A stretch of DNA of 64,000 nt from Pristiophorus japonicus (taxonomy: Eukaryota), in contig NC_092008.1 of the NCBI RefSeq assembly GCF_044704955.1, positions 11,408,001 through 11,472,000 on the forward strand, read 5' to 3'. Both the position numbers and the translations under genes were made by a program. This document shows, piece after piece, positions 10,731 through 27,094 of this stretch (position 1 is its first letter; each line of letters begins with the position of its first letter). Under the pieces are notes generated by a model. That model did no database searches. It was not told where the DNA came from and was given only the letters and a program-made list of their open reading frames with translations.

Positions 10731-12236
10731 GGGTCTGATAGATGGCATCTGACATGTGGGTAGGATAAATGGGGATCTGATATATATGATCTGAGAGATG
10801 TGCGACTGATATGTAGTATCTAACAGATTTGGGTCTGACAGATGTGGATCTGATAGATTGATATGTGGTCATGAACCTTAGGATGTTTTGCTATGTTAAA
10901 GGCACTATATAAATGTTATAGTTGCTATCTGACAGTTGTGGGTCTTATAAATGGGAATCTGAAAGATTGGATCTGACAGACTCGGATCTGACAGATGGTG
11001 GTTTGTCAGAAATGGGTCTGATTGGTGGGGATTTGACAGAAAGGGGTCGGACACATTAGGGTCTTATATATGTAGGTCTGAGAGATATGGGACTGATTTG
11101 TAGGATCTGACAGATGTGGGTCTGACAGATGTGGCTCTGATAGATGAGGAGTTGATAAATGTGGATATGATAGACGGGGGTTGGGCTGATTGATGGGTTC
11201 TGATAAATGGACATATGATAGTGTGGGACTGATAGAATGGGGGCTGACAGAACGGGGTCTGATAGATGTGGTCTGATTGAGGCAGGTTTGATTGATGGAG
11301 ATCTGATAGCAAGGCTTTGGACGATGGGGCCACTATAGATGGGGATCTCAGATGAGGTCTGAAAGAGGTGGGTCTGACAGATGTGGATCTAATACATGGG
11401 GTTTGAAAGATGTGGATCTGGCAAAGATGAGTCTGAAAGATGGACGTCTGACAGAGGAGGGGCTGATGGATGTGGATCTAATAGATTAGGGCCTGATAGA
11501 TGGGGTTTTGATAGATGGCGTCTGTCAGATGTGGGTAGGATAGATGGAAATCTGATATGTGTGGTCTGAGAGATGTGGGACTGATGTGTAGGATCTAACA
11601 GACTTGGGTTTGACAGATGTGGATTTGACAGATGGAGTTTGATAGATGGCCTTCGGATAGATGGAATCTGAAAAATGTGTGTCTCATAGACGGGTATCTC
11701 ATTGAGGGGGTCTGATAATTCAGCGTCTGATAGCTGGAGATCTGATAGATGTGGTTTTGATAGATGAGCGGGGTCTGATAGATGGTGGTCTGATGGATTG
11801 TAGCTGATAGATGTGGCTGACAGCTGGATGTCAGATTTAAAGAGGTCTTACAGATGAGGGTCTGCTGGATACAGAACTGATGAATGGGCTGTGATACATG
11901 TGAGTACAATATATGGATATCTGATAGATGGGCTCTGATTGATGAGGATCTGATAGATGGCGTCAGAAAAATGGGGACTGGATAGATGGGGTATGACAGA
12001 AGTGGGATGGATAACTAGGGATCTGGGGTGTGGAGCTGGCAGACGTGGGACTGACAGATGCGAGTATACAAATCGGGATTCCAGAGAGGGTCATAAAGCT
12101 GTGGATATGACAGATTTGGATATGGTGGATGGTGTCTAACGTATGTAGGTCTGATCGATGGGGATCTGATAGATGTCAGGCGTGAATCTCATACATGAAA
12201 TTCTGATAGATGGAGTCTGGAAGATGGGGGCCTGGT

Positions 12237-12657
12237 AGAAATTTACAGCATGGAAGGAGGCCATTTCAGCCCATCGTATCCGCGCCAGCCGGCCAAGAGC
12301 CAGCCCAGCCTAATCCCACTTTCTATCTCTCAGACCGTAGCCCTGTAGGTTACGGCACTTTAAGTGCACATCCAAGTATTTTTTAAATGTGATGAGGCTT
12401 TCTGCCTCTAACATCCTTTCAGGCAGTGAGTTCCAGACCCCCACCACCCTTTGGTTGAAGACATTTCCCCTCGTATCTCCTCTAAACCACCCCCCAAATA
12501 CTTTAAATCTATGCCCCCTGGTTGCTGACCTCTCTGCCAAGGGAAACAGGTCGTTCCTATCCACACTATCCAGGTCACTCATAATTTTATACACCTCAAT
12601 CAGGTCTCCCCTCAGCTGCCTCTGTTCCAAGGAAAACAACCCCAGCCTATCCAATCT
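12237..12657 (-). mobile_element. CR1-clade LINE 3' fragment
   Basis: RLGLFSLEQRQLRGDLIEVYKI and QRVVGVWNSLP motifs. Confidence 0.85.
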
Positions 12658-13339
12658 TTAGTGGTCTGATGGATTGTGGCTGATAGATGGGGCTGACAGC
12701 TATGTGTCTGAATTATAGGGGTCTGACAGATGAGGATCTGATAGATGTGTCTGATTGATAGAGTCTCATAGATGGGGGACTGGTAGATGTGGGTCTGATT
12801 GATGGGTTCTGATAGATGGATATCTGATAGACGTTGGGCTGATAGAATGGGAATTACAGATCGGAGTCTGATGGATGTGGTCCGATTGGGGCAAGTCTGG
12901 TTGATGAGGATCTGATAGAAAGGGTTAGAAAGACGAGGCCATAAATTGGTAGGGATTTTAGACAGGTTCTAAAAGATATGGGAATAATAGATTGGCTCTG
13001 ATAGATGGGCTCTAACATATGTAGGTCCGACAGAATAGGATCTGATAGATGTGGGACAGATAGATTTGCGTCTGGTAGACGTGGGGTTGGTAGATGGGGA
13101 GCTGATAGATGTGGGTCTGACAGATGTGGGTCTGACAGAGGTTGGTGTGATAGATGTGGGTCTGACAGAGGTTGGTGTGATAGATGTGGGTCTGACAGAG
13201 GTTAGTGTGATAGATGTGGGTCTGACAGAGGTTGGTGTGATAGATGTGGGTCTGATAGAGGTTGGTGTGATAGATGTGGGCATGACAGATGAAGGTCTGA
13301 TGGATTGGATTCTGATAGATGGCGTCTGACAGATAAAAC

Positions 13340-13675
13340 TATAAGAACATAAGAAATAGGAACAAGAGTAGGCCATACGGCCCCTCGAGCCTGCTCCGCC
13401 ATTCAATACAATCTTCGCTGATCGGATCATGGACTCAGCTCCACTTCCCTGCCCGCTCCCCAAAACCCCTTATCGTTTAAGAAACCGTCTATTTCTGTCT
13501 TAAATTTATTCAATGTCCCAGCTTCCACAGCTCTCTGAGGCAGCAAATTCCACAGATTTACAACACTCTGATAAAAAAATTTTCACCTCATCTCAGTTTT
13601 AAATGGGCGGCCCCTTATTCCAAGATCGTGCCCTCTAGTTCGATTCTCCCTCATCAGTGGAAACATCCTCTCTGC
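13340..13675 (-). mobile_element. CR1-clade LINE 3' fragment
   Basis: Tail (ttcttatg)n and 3' hairpin ggccgtatggcc on the minus strand; matches other CR1 3' ends in the window. Confidence 0.82.
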
Positions 13676-13885
13676 TTATCTTGGCTTATAAACCAACACA
13701 ATTCCAAAATGGTTTTTCAACTGTAATTATTTTCTTGATGATAATTAGTAACATCAATGTTAATTTGTTATTTTTTACTTTATTAATTAACATGTCGTTT
13801 TGTAACATAAATGTGAAATTTAATTAAACTCTTTCCCCTTTCTAAATTAATAAACCTTATTCTTCCTCCTCCTCAGTCCTTTTGC
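13676..13885 (-). pseudogene. Relic of a third alpha-tubulin copy: last codons (KRTEEEEE*) plus 3' UTR
   Basis: ttattcttcctcctcctc at 13857-13874 is identical to the stop region of copy 1 (15471-15488); the adjacent ~180 nt align with both tubulin 3' UTRs. Confidence 0.85.
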
Positions 13886-13887
13886 AA

Positions 13888-15005
13888 AGGCCAGCATTTA
13901 TTGCCCATTCCTAATTGCCCTCTAGAAGGTGGTGGTGAGCTTCTTGAACCGCTGCAGTCCGTGTGGTGAAGGTGCTCCCACAGTGCTGTTGGGGAGGGAG
14001 TTCCAGGATTGTGACCCAGCGACGATGCAGGAACGCCGATATATTTCCAAGTCGGGATGTTGTGTGTGACTCGGAGGGGAACGTGGAGGTGGTGGTGTTC
14101 CCATCTGCCTGCTGCCCTTGTCCTTCTAGACGGTAGAGGTTGCGGGTTTGGGAGGTGCTGCTGAAGAATCCTTGACATGTTGCTGCAGTACATCTTGTAG
14201 ATGGTACACACTGCAGCCACGGTGCGCCGGTGGTGGAGGGAATGAATGTTGAAGGTGGTGGGTAGCGTGCCGATCAAGCGGGCTGTTTTGTCCTGGATGA
14301 TGTCGAGCTTCTTGTGTGTTGTTGGAGCTGCAACTCATCCAGGCAAGTGGAGAGTATTCCATCACACTCCTGGCTTGTGCCTTGTAGATGGTGGAAAGAC
14401 TCTTGCTTGAGGCCTTGGTTTTCAGGAAGCTGCAGAATACCCAGTGGAAAGTCTTTGGTGGAAAGACATTGGTGGTAAGACACTCGCTGCAGAATACCCA
14501 GCCTCTGATCCGCTCTTGTAGCCACAGCATTTATGTGGCTGGTCCAGTTAAGTTTCTGGTCAATAATGACCCTCAGGATGTTGATGGTAATGCCGTTGAG
14601 TGTCAAGGGGAGGTGGTTAGACTCTGGCTTGTTGGAGATGGTCATTGCCTGCCACTTGTGTGGCACAAATGTTACTTGTCACTTATCAGCCCAAGCCTGA
14701 ATGTTGTCCAGGTCTTGCTGCATACGGGCATGGACTGCTCTCTTATCTGAGGAGTTGTGAATGGAACTGAACACTGTGCGGTCATCAGCGAATATCCCCA
14801 CTTCTGATCTTATGATGGAGGGAAGGTCATTGATGAAGCAGCTGAAGCAGGTTGGGCCTAGGGCACTGCCCTGAGGAACTCCTGCAGTGATGTCCAGGGG
14901 CTGTTCCATCTAAAAGGAATCAGGGAGAAAGCTTTCCAGCAACCAAAATCATCCTACTTTGGAGTGGAGAGTGGGCCAGTGGAGAGTTTTCGCCCTGATT
15001 CCCAG
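13888..15005 (-). mobile_element. CR1/L2-group LINE (second family) RT and 3' end, locally rearranged
   Basis: GVPQGSALGP, FADD and KAQARSVMEYSPLAW; same family as 37880-39520 and 49905-51190. Confidence 0.85.
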
Positions 15006-15343
15006 CGGTGGACTGAATTGGCACCAGGAGGAGGAGAGAGAAGGGGAGAGACACAGAGAGAACGATTGAGGGAGCTAGAGGAGAGAGACCGAGAGAAAAG
15101 GGGAAGAGATAAAGGGAGAAGCAGGAAGAGAGAAGAGGAACTAGACAGGAAGGCCTTTGTAAGGTCAAAGACCCTCAGATTCCCCTGCAAAGTAAAATCT
15201 GTTCGAATACCCGTGGGGGTTAATTAATCCCATTTTGGGTTCAGAGGAACCTTTAACTTTAACCCTTTTCATAGTGTTTCCCAACCTCTTGTGTATTCTT
15301 AGCAAATAAACGGACACAATTCTAAAATGATTTATCAAATACA

Positions 15344-15349
15344 TTTATT
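15344..15349 (-). terminator. Polyadenylation signal of tubulin copy 1
   Basis: AATAAA on the minus strand ~120 nt after the stop; position conserved in copy 2 (47572-47577). Confidence 0.65.
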
Positions 15350-15470
15350 TTCTTGATAATTAGTAATATCAGTGAAATTATTATTATTTTACTTTCTAAA
15401 TTAATAAATCGTTTTGTAACATAAATGTGAAACTTAATTAAACTTTTTTCACTTTCTAAATTAATAAATC

Positions 15471-18876
<3,406 letters not shown>

Positions 18877-19110
18877 AATGTCCTTCTAATCTCGCGGCTC
18901 CTGAGCATGTGGTGCGTATGTGGCCGCCCGCGCTATTTATACCGCATCCCATTGAGGCAAATCCGGCTCTGATTGGTTCCTGAGCACAAAGGGCTCCGGT
19001 TGCTCGGAGCAAAATGAACAAGTAAGTCACGACGCTGCTCAGCGCGGATTGGTTGCTTTGTGCAAAGGGGCGGGACCAAGTGTCCGCAACAATTGGTTAT
19101 GGGAGCCATG
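18877..19110 (-). promoter_or_regulatory. Tubulin copy 1 promoter and 5' UTR
   Basis: TATAAATA at 18934-18941; CCAAT at 18972-18976, 19048-19052 and 19092-19096; GC box at 19067-19074. Confidence 0.85.
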
Positions 19111-19309
19111 GGCAACAAGTGAGACTCTTTGTCTGTCTTAAGTTGGTTAGCTCACGATAATTGTATCATCCTCAATTCAAAGGTGTCAAGCGACCCCTTG
19201 TTAAAGGGGAACAAGAATTAAACTGTAAATTAAACAACATTTAACAAACTGACTTTGTCTATCAGACGCTCGTCTCAAGGCACCATCGATCAGATCCCAT
19301 TAATAATGG

Positions 19310-22253
19310 ACTGCAACATTTTCCCAACCACAGATATTAGACTAACTGGTCTATAGTTTCCTGCTTTTTGTCTGCCTCCTTTTTTAAACAGGGGTGTTAC
19401 ATTTGCAGTTTTTCAATCTGCTGGGACCTCCCCAGAATCCAGGGAATTTTGGTAAATTACAAACAATGCATCCACAATCCCTGCCGCTACTTCTCTTAAG
19501 ACCCTAGGATGCAATCCATCCGGTCCAGGGAATTTATCTGCCTTTAGTCCCATTATCTTAGTGAGTACCACCTCCTTAGTGATTGTGATTGTGTTGAGTT
19601 CCTCCCCACCTATAGCCCCTTCACCATCCACTGTTGGGATATTTTTAATGTCCTCGACTGTAAAGATTGATACAAAATATTTGTTCAGAGTTTCTGCCAT
19701 CTCCATGTTCCCCATTACTAATTCCCCGGTCTCATCCTCTATTATCTTTACTTTAGCCACTCTTTTCCTTTTTATATACCTATAGAAACTCTTGCTATCT
19801 GTTTTTGTATTTCGTGCTAGTTTACTTTCATAGTCTATCTTCCCTTTCTTAATCTTAAATAGAGGGATAAAGTACAAAAGCCGGGAGGCTATGCTAACCT
19901 CTATAAAACGCCTATTAGATTATTGTCTCCAATTCTGGGCACCACGCTTTAGAAAGGATGTGAAGACTTTGGAGAGGGTACTGAAAATATTTACTAGAAT
20001 GGTTCCAGGCATGAGGGAATAGAGTTACATGGAGAGACTGGAGAAGCTGGAGATGTTTTCCTTGCAGCAGAGAATGCTAAGAGGAGATTGATATAGATGT
20101 TTAAAACCATGAAGGATTTAGACAGAGTAAATAACGAGAGACTGTTTCCACTGGCTGAAGGGTCGTTAATAAGAAGGCACAGGTGGAAAGTGCTTGGCAA
20201 AAGAACCCGAGGCGACGCGAGGAAAACCCTTTTTATGCGACGAGTGGTTAGGATTTGGAATGCAGCGTCTGGTAGGATGGTGGGCACAGATTGAACAGGG
20301 AAAGAGCTAGGGAGTAGGATAAACTGGGTTGCTCTTTGAAAGGGCGGGCTCAAACTCCATGGGCCCAATGGCCTCCTTCTGTGCTGTACTACTGTATGAT
20401 CTATGATCATGTCCCCACCTACCTGACTCTGTCTATTAGTCCCACATCCATCCCACCCCCACCCACTTTTTAAAAAAGGAGGGAGAGAGAAAACAGGGAA
20501 TTATAGACTGGTTAGCCTGACATCGGCAGTGGGGAAAATGTTGGAATCAATTATTAAAGATGTAATAGCAGCACATTTGGAAAGCAGTGACAGGATCGGT
20601 CCAAGTCAGCATGGATGTATTAAAGGGAAATCATGCTTGACAAATCTTTTAGAATTTTTTGAGGATGTAACTAGTAGAGTGGACAAGGGAGAACCAGTCG
20701 ATGTGGTGTATTTGGACTTTCACAAGGCTTTTGACAAGGTCTCACACAAGAGATTGGTGTGCAAAATTAAAGGACATGGTATTGGGGGTAACGTATTGAC
20801 GTGGATAGAGAATTCGTTGGCAGACAGGAAGCAGAGAGTAGGAATAAACGGGTCCTTTTCAGAATGGCAGGCAGTGACTAATGGGGTACCGCAAGGTTCA
20901 GTGCTGGACCCCAGCTATTTACAATATACATTAATGATTTAGACGAAGGAATTGAATGTAATATCTCCAAGTTTGCAGATGACACTAAGCTGGGTGGCAG
21001 TGTGAGCTGCGAGGAGTATACTAAGAGGCTGCAGGGTGACTTGGACAGGTTACGTGAGTGGGCAAATACATGGCAGATGCAGTATAATGTAGATAAATGT
21101 GAGGTTATCCACTTTGGTGGCAAAAACAGGAAGGCAGAATATTATCTGAATGGTGACAGATTAGGAAAAGTGGAGTCATGGCTGTCATGGTAAATCAGTC
21201 ATTGAAAGTTGGCATGCAGGTACAGCAGGCGGTGAAGAAGGCAAATGGCATATTGGCCTTCATAGCGGGAGGATTTGAGTTTCGGAGCAGGGAGGTCTTA
21301 CTGCAGTTGTACAGGGCCTTGGTGAGGCCACACCTTGAATATTGTGTACAGTTTTGGTCTCCTAATCTGAGGAAGGACATTCTTGCTCTTGAGGGAGTGC
21401 AGCGAAGGTTCACCATACTGATTCCCGGGATGGCAGGACTGACATATGAAGAAAGACTGGATCGACTAGGCTTATATTCACTGGAATTTAGAAGAATGAA
21501 AGGGGATCTCATAGAAACATGTAAAATTCTGACGGGGTTGGACAGGTTAGATGCAGGAAGAATGTTCCCAATGTTGGGGAAGTCCAGAACCAGGGGTCGC
21601 CGTCTAAGGATAAGGGGTAAGCCATTTAGGACCGAGATGAGGAGAAACTTCTTCACTCAAGAGAATTGTGAACCTGTGGAATTCTCTACCACAGAAATTT
21701 GTTGAGGCCAGTTCGTTAGATATATTCAAAAGGAGTTAGATGTGGCCCTTATGGCTAAAGGGATCGAGGGGTATGGAGAGAAAGCAGGAATGGGGTACTG
21801 AGGGAATGATCAGCCAAGATCATATTGAATGGTGATGCAGGCTTGAAGGGCCGAATGTCCTACTACTCCACCTATTTTCTATGTTTCTATTTTGTATGTT
21901 TCTCACTTAGTCTATCTATATTCCTTTGTAGACTATTCGTGTTCTCTTGGATATACTTGTCTTGGAGGCAGTACAACAGAAGTTCTCTTGATTGATTCCT
22001 GGGATGAGATATTGTGATACAAAAAAATGGCCATGTGGTTGATAATGATGAAGAAAGCTGCAGGAAGATATCGATGAACTGGTCAGGTGGGCGAAACAGT
22101 GGCAAATGAAATTCAATCCAGAGAAGTGTGAGGTGATGCATTTGGAGAGGGCTAACAACGTGAGGGAATACACATTAAATGGGAGTACATTGAGAAGCGT
22201 AGAGTAACAAAGAGACCTTGGAGTGCAGGTCCACAGATCCCTGAAGGTAGCAG
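19310..22253. mobile_element. Cluster of CR1-clade LINE fragments (19310-19855 minus; 19855-20410 plus; 20460-21890 plus; 22020-22253 plus)
   Basis: RT motifs PGPDGLHPRVL, YLDFHKAFDKV, GVPQGSVL, FADD and [15 protein letters not shown]. Confidence 0.88.
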
Positions 22254-22796
22254 TGTAAATGTAGATTCTTTTCTCTCAATCTGGTTCAGTAAAATTACTG
22301 AGTCGAATACCTCTTGTGCTTGGAACAAAGCAGTCTTTATTTTACTGGCCGGCAAGACCTATCAGACAGAAGATATACCCTCTGGATAGAGCGTACACAC
22401 TCCCTACGGATAGGTGAAGTTACATCGTAAAGCGACAACAGTTATACATTCTCGGCAAAAGATAACAAGATAGGGCTAGAGTGACATCCTAGTTCAACCT
22501 ATCTCTTTTGGTCCCTCTTTCCCTTTGTCCACTCATAAGCCGACCTAAGTATGGTCTGATTTTAAACAAAGACCTTCTGGTAATGTTTCAGGTTAATAAC
22601 ATGATTTAATAAGACCTTGAGGTTTTTCTGCAAGCTGTGGGTTTTGTTTCAATATGTGTTAGTGTTGTAACATTTCGCAGTCTCGAGTCCGAGATGTCAT
22701 GGCTATTCCTCCATGAATTCTTTGTTAGCTTATACTGTCCCTATACAATTCCCACGTTCTCAACTTCAATGTCTCTATACATTTTAAACATTCATA
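22254..22796 (-). repeat. ERV-B 3' LTR
   Basis: 543 bp, about 7 substitutions relative to 28895-29437 by eye. AATAAA on minus at ~22336-22341. Polypurine tract AAAAAGGGGGAA adjacent at 22797-22808. Confidence 0.95.
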
Positions 22797-23234
22797 TTCC
22801 CCCTTTTTATCATTCCATGATAACACTTAGGATCATTCTAGGAGTAAAATGTATAGGGAATGTGAACACACCTAATATCCAGAAAAGTTCCCATTTTGCG
22901 CATAAACATAAGACATGTAGCTCTCGTCTCTGTCTCCCCTCCCATGCGCCGAAACTGTCATATATCAACACTATTATACAGACTGTGGCATACAGACAGT
23001 TTCATATTATGGCTCAGGATTCAGATAAATAGTCCAATTATTTTGCTGATTAAAAGAGTTCAGTTTTCCCGTCTCTCTTCTCAGGTCACCGTCGGTGTAG
23101 CTGGCTGTCTATCACTACGGGTAAAAGTTCAAACTGGTCCACGTTCCAATTAGGATGCCAACGGCCTTGTTCAGCTATGGAGAAGAGGAAGTCTGGAACA
23201 GAAACAGGAGTTAGAATAACCAGTAAAATAGGTT

Positions 23235-23895
23235 CGTTAGAGGGTGGTGAGCTTGCAGTGGTGCAGGTGAACCCAGGCACTTTTCCCCTCAACCTTGGCT
23301 GCAGTGGGGGTAGTGAGTAACACCTGAAAAGGCCCCTCCCATTGTGGCTCTAATCCCTTCCGAATCCATACTTCCCTGGTGCCGCGAGGGACAATTCGGG
23401 TAAAATTGGGAGGTCGAGGTGAGCATCTTGAACCTGGTTGTGAACTAGTCGCAGAGCCTGAGTCAGAGAAAGAACATAGGTGGTCATCAGTCGAGCTGAG
23501 ATCTCATATCTAGGAACAATTTCCCTCATTAACACCTTAACAACAGTTTGAGCCTTATTGTCCAGGTTAGGGTCGGCTTCAATCCATCTGCTAAACACAT
23601 CTACTATTACTAACACATATTTGTAACACTGAACTTTTTGCAACTCAATGTAGTCCAACTGAAATGTCTCAAAGGGACCTTCGGGTAGGGGCGTTTTACC
23701 CCAATCACAGGGGACTCCCTTCCCTGGATTATGTTGCTGGCCAACCAGGCAACGACTACTGATGTTCTGGGTGAGCGCCTGGAGTCTAGGGTGCCACCAA
23801 GTAGCCAAAAGTGTGTCACTCGTGGTCCTTGCTCCACAATGATTAGCAAAATGCATACATTCAATAACCCATAGAGCCAACTTGTCAGACATGCA
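23235..23895 (-). pseudogene. pol: ERV-B integrase, internally deleted
   Basis: Degenerate HHCC region, FQLDYI, VIVDVFSRWIEA and C-terminal [14 protein letters not shown] (GPY/F). The segment holding the second Asp and the Glu of the DDE triad is missing after VPRYEISA. Confidence 0.88.
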
Positions 23896-23898
23896 AGT

Positions 23899-24700
23899 CT
23901 ATTCCGCGGGAGTGATCCAGAGTTTAGAAACATTGTCATAAGTACATGCATAATATTTCCACAACAGTTTATCTTTTTCAGGAGCGTCCTCCTGTGCTTT
24001 TATAACATCTTGGATGGTTGGCATTGGTTTTTCCGAGGCTAACTTATCCTTCGCAGGATTTTTAGTCTGACACATAATTTTAGGCACTACCATCTGTTGG
24101 TCACGAGAGGCCTGTTTGGCCTCTTGGTCAGCACAACGATTCCCTATATCAACCAGAGAATTTCCGGCAGTGTGGGTGGTACATTTGACAATGGCAATGC
24201 GTTTGGGGAACATGAGGGCTTGCAACAAATCAGATACTAGTTGTTTATGAGATATCTCATTCCCCTGTGAGGTTAGGAATCCCTTATTTTTCCATAATTG
24301 TCCGAAATCATGGGCCACCCCAAAGGCATACCTAGAGTCGGTATAGATATTGACTTTGAGATCTTTAGCCAAGATACAGGCTCTGGTAAGGGCAAATAGT
24401 TCAGCTTGTTGAGCAGAATAGGCAGTTTCAAAAGCGGCAGATTCCAAGACCTGATTCTCCTGGTTTACTATGGCGTATCCTGAGATTCGTGTATCTTCTG
24501 GATTAATTGAAGTACTTCCGTCAACATACATAAACAATCATGACTGGGCTCTTCCTCATCTTGGGGTGGCTCAGTAAGAATACAGTCTGGATCTTCCATT
24601 GGTACATCAACTAAATCTTCCCTGACTGATGTGGCCTCTTAAATTAAAGATAAAACAGGCCGGATTAATTGCAGTACAGTGCCGAAAGGTCAGTTTAGGA
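23899..24700 (-). pseudogene. pol: ERV-B RT connection remnant and RNase H
   Basis: YVDGS, SAQQAELFAL, IYTDSRYAFG and GNRCAD RNase H motifs. Confidence 0.92.
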
Positions 24701-25634
24701 TTGCCTGTGATTTCAGTGGGTTCTGTCGGATAGAGGGCCAGTCCACATTGCCCTGCACTGGGATCTCAATCGGATCAATGGGAGTATAACCCACTTGGGA
24801 GGGGTCCTCTGCCCACACATGAGGATCCACATAGTTAGGTATGTCCGAGCCAGTATGATGCTGTAGAGTCGTTAAGACCTTCTCGGGGTCCCCATGAAAT
24901 TGGACTGTTCGGCCATGTTTTACGATTTGCACATCCCAGCTGGTAGGGTCAGCCTCATCTATGGCCTTGCGTACCATAACTCCCAAATCTTTAGCATGGT
25001 GAGGGGCTAATACTTCACGAGCAATATGCGGTGCCATTGTTAGGGGCTGTTTCCACAGATTCTTATCCACTTCCACAAAATCTGCCTCTCCTTCCGGTCC
25101 AGTCACTCTAGCCCTTAATAGAATTCCCTTCACTTTCCCTTCGTGATCCTGATAAAAGTTCTGCAGGTCCTGATTCTTTCCGCTGGGATCGCATGCTAGG
25201 GTTACGTGATAGGGTTCCTGCGGCAGGTCCAGAGACCACCACTGAGGGGTTCTAGTGGTATTATACTGCCGCTTAAGGGTTCCTTGTTTTACAATAATCC
25301 CATCATCTCCACACTCCAAATGCAACTGGAATTTGCAGAGGAGGTCTCTAGCCATCAAGTTACAGTCCAGATTGGTAGTGATAACAAATCAATGTTCTAC
25401 CGATTCTTCCTGGTAACTCACTTTAACTGATTCTGACACCGGAAATGTCGAGATTTGTCCCAGGAATCCTGAAAGTTCCTGTGTTTCAGTAGAGGCAGGG
25501 AGTATAAGCTTTGATTGTACAGAAGACATAAAGGCTCCCGTATCTATCAGAAAGGGTCTCCACTCGTTCAGAATTTTTAACAATATCATTGGTTCGTCGT
25601 CCGGGGAGGATCCCTGTACAATCAAGCTGCGTAG
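24700..25634 (-). pseudogene. pro: ERV-B protease plus probable 2H phosphoesterase domain
   Basis: FLIDTGA; internal TGA at 25389-25391 (CGA in ERV-A); YHVTLAC and APHIAREV (second motif T>A). Confidence 0.85.
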
Positions 25635-26999
25635 TCAATCGGGGGACAATTGACCAAAGGGGTTGTTCTGGGAGAAGTTAGTGTAAGATCCTCCTCTCCC
25701 CCCTTGCCCCCCTCCTCTTCCTCCTCTTCCTTTTCCATGCTGACGGTAGGGGCAATTTTTATTCCAATGTCCTTCCTGCCCACAATTAAAACAGTCAATT
25801 CCTCTTACCCAGTCCCGGCCTCTTCTCATACCATGCCGGGGACAATAGGGAGGTTTATTAGCAGGGCTCGGGCCGTTTGGTTGTTTAGTATAACCGTATC
25901 CTTGCTTATCCATCCAATGCAACACTACGGTTCTATTGATCCTTCCTCCCGAGATGGCTCTTCCTTTCTAGTCACGTATTCAGTCTTGACCCGGGTTGGG
26001 GGCGCACCTCCCCCCTCCCCTTTCTTTTCCTGCCAATAATATCTAACTGCCCTTTCCATTTGTCCGGATAGCGTGAGCAATCAAATAGTTGTTCGAAGAT
26101 CACATAGACATCTATAGTGGGGTGGTCTGCAGCTTGTTGTGCATCAGGGTTTGGCATTGGTCTGACAGGGAATGGGTGTCGGGACTTTGGGATCTTGGAA
26201 ATAATTTCTAGGTCGGAGGATGTTTCGGAGCTGTCTGACTGCTTGACAGTTCTGCGTCTCGATCGGCGGGGGTGTTTGCTATATCTTTCACAACTTGGAC
26301 TGGTAGATTGACTAGAAGATTTACGGGACTGTCTGTGATATCGAGATATAGTTCTGCCCTTTCGAGTGTGAGATCTGGTCCTTTCGGCTATATTGCTTGT
26401 GAACTGGGGATCCGAATCGCTATCAGAGGATGAGGAGTCAGTTTGGGTTTGTTGCTTTGGTGGTATGGGGTTATTTTTAACTCCTCTCGCTGAAGTGTAA
26501 GGTGGAGGGTGTTGGGAAGAGGACTGGAGCAAGGGGCCAGGGGGTGCGGGAGGCGCCGTTGGGCGCTGAGTCAGTGACCACTCATCAATTTCATCATCAG
26601 CCTCGGTTAACACAAAGCCAGCCATTTTACTATGTAGTCGGTCAATACCTTTCTCAGAGGTCCCAGAGGATCTTTTAGTAAGTTTCTCGTGCGCACATTC
26701 TTTTTTTTTAAAGACGTCTACAGTTTTAACATGTGTTCCCTCTGTCAATGAAAGTCCTAATTTATTTGCCAACTTGACAGAAGTGATGCATCTTTTAATT
26801 TTTTTTTTGACAATCCCTGTGCTTTTTTTTTAACTACCTCTACGCTTCTAGTGCCACCTAGAGGCCATTGATCATCTCCCAATAATTTGTTCAGGGCTCC
26901 TGATAATTTTCTAAAGTCTTCAGCTCTTTCAGGGAATTCTTCACATAACTTTTGTAGCGGACTACCCGCATCCGTTGTTTTATCCAACTGATTACCCAT
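25635..26999 (-). pseudogene. gag: ERV-B gag with capsid deletion
   Basis: MGNQLDKTT start, PTAP and PPPY, CFNCGQEGHWNKNCP knuckle. About 430 nt present in ERV-A (~1738-2170) is missing near 26088. Confidence 0.9.
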
Positions 27000-27094
27000 T
27001 ATCGTGTTGTTACGCGTTCACGTAGTCGTGCGATTTAAACAAACTTAAAACGAACAGACTTTGCTGAAAAACAGACTTAACAAACTTACTAATC

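Larger units (their letters stand above)
7355..13335 (+). repeat. Degenerate 15-bp satellite tract (G-rich on +), interrupted by LINEs; includes a 30-bp dimer array at ~13090-13280
   Basis: Continuous variants of gatagatg(g/t)gggtctga at 7355-7550, 8490-8930, 10730-12235 and 12660-13335. Confidence 0.88.

Noticed and set aside
22637-23032. 131-aa plus-strand ORF as an antisense viral gene
   Set aside because: Starts at GTG inside the LTR, has no recognisable motif, and its length is within chance.
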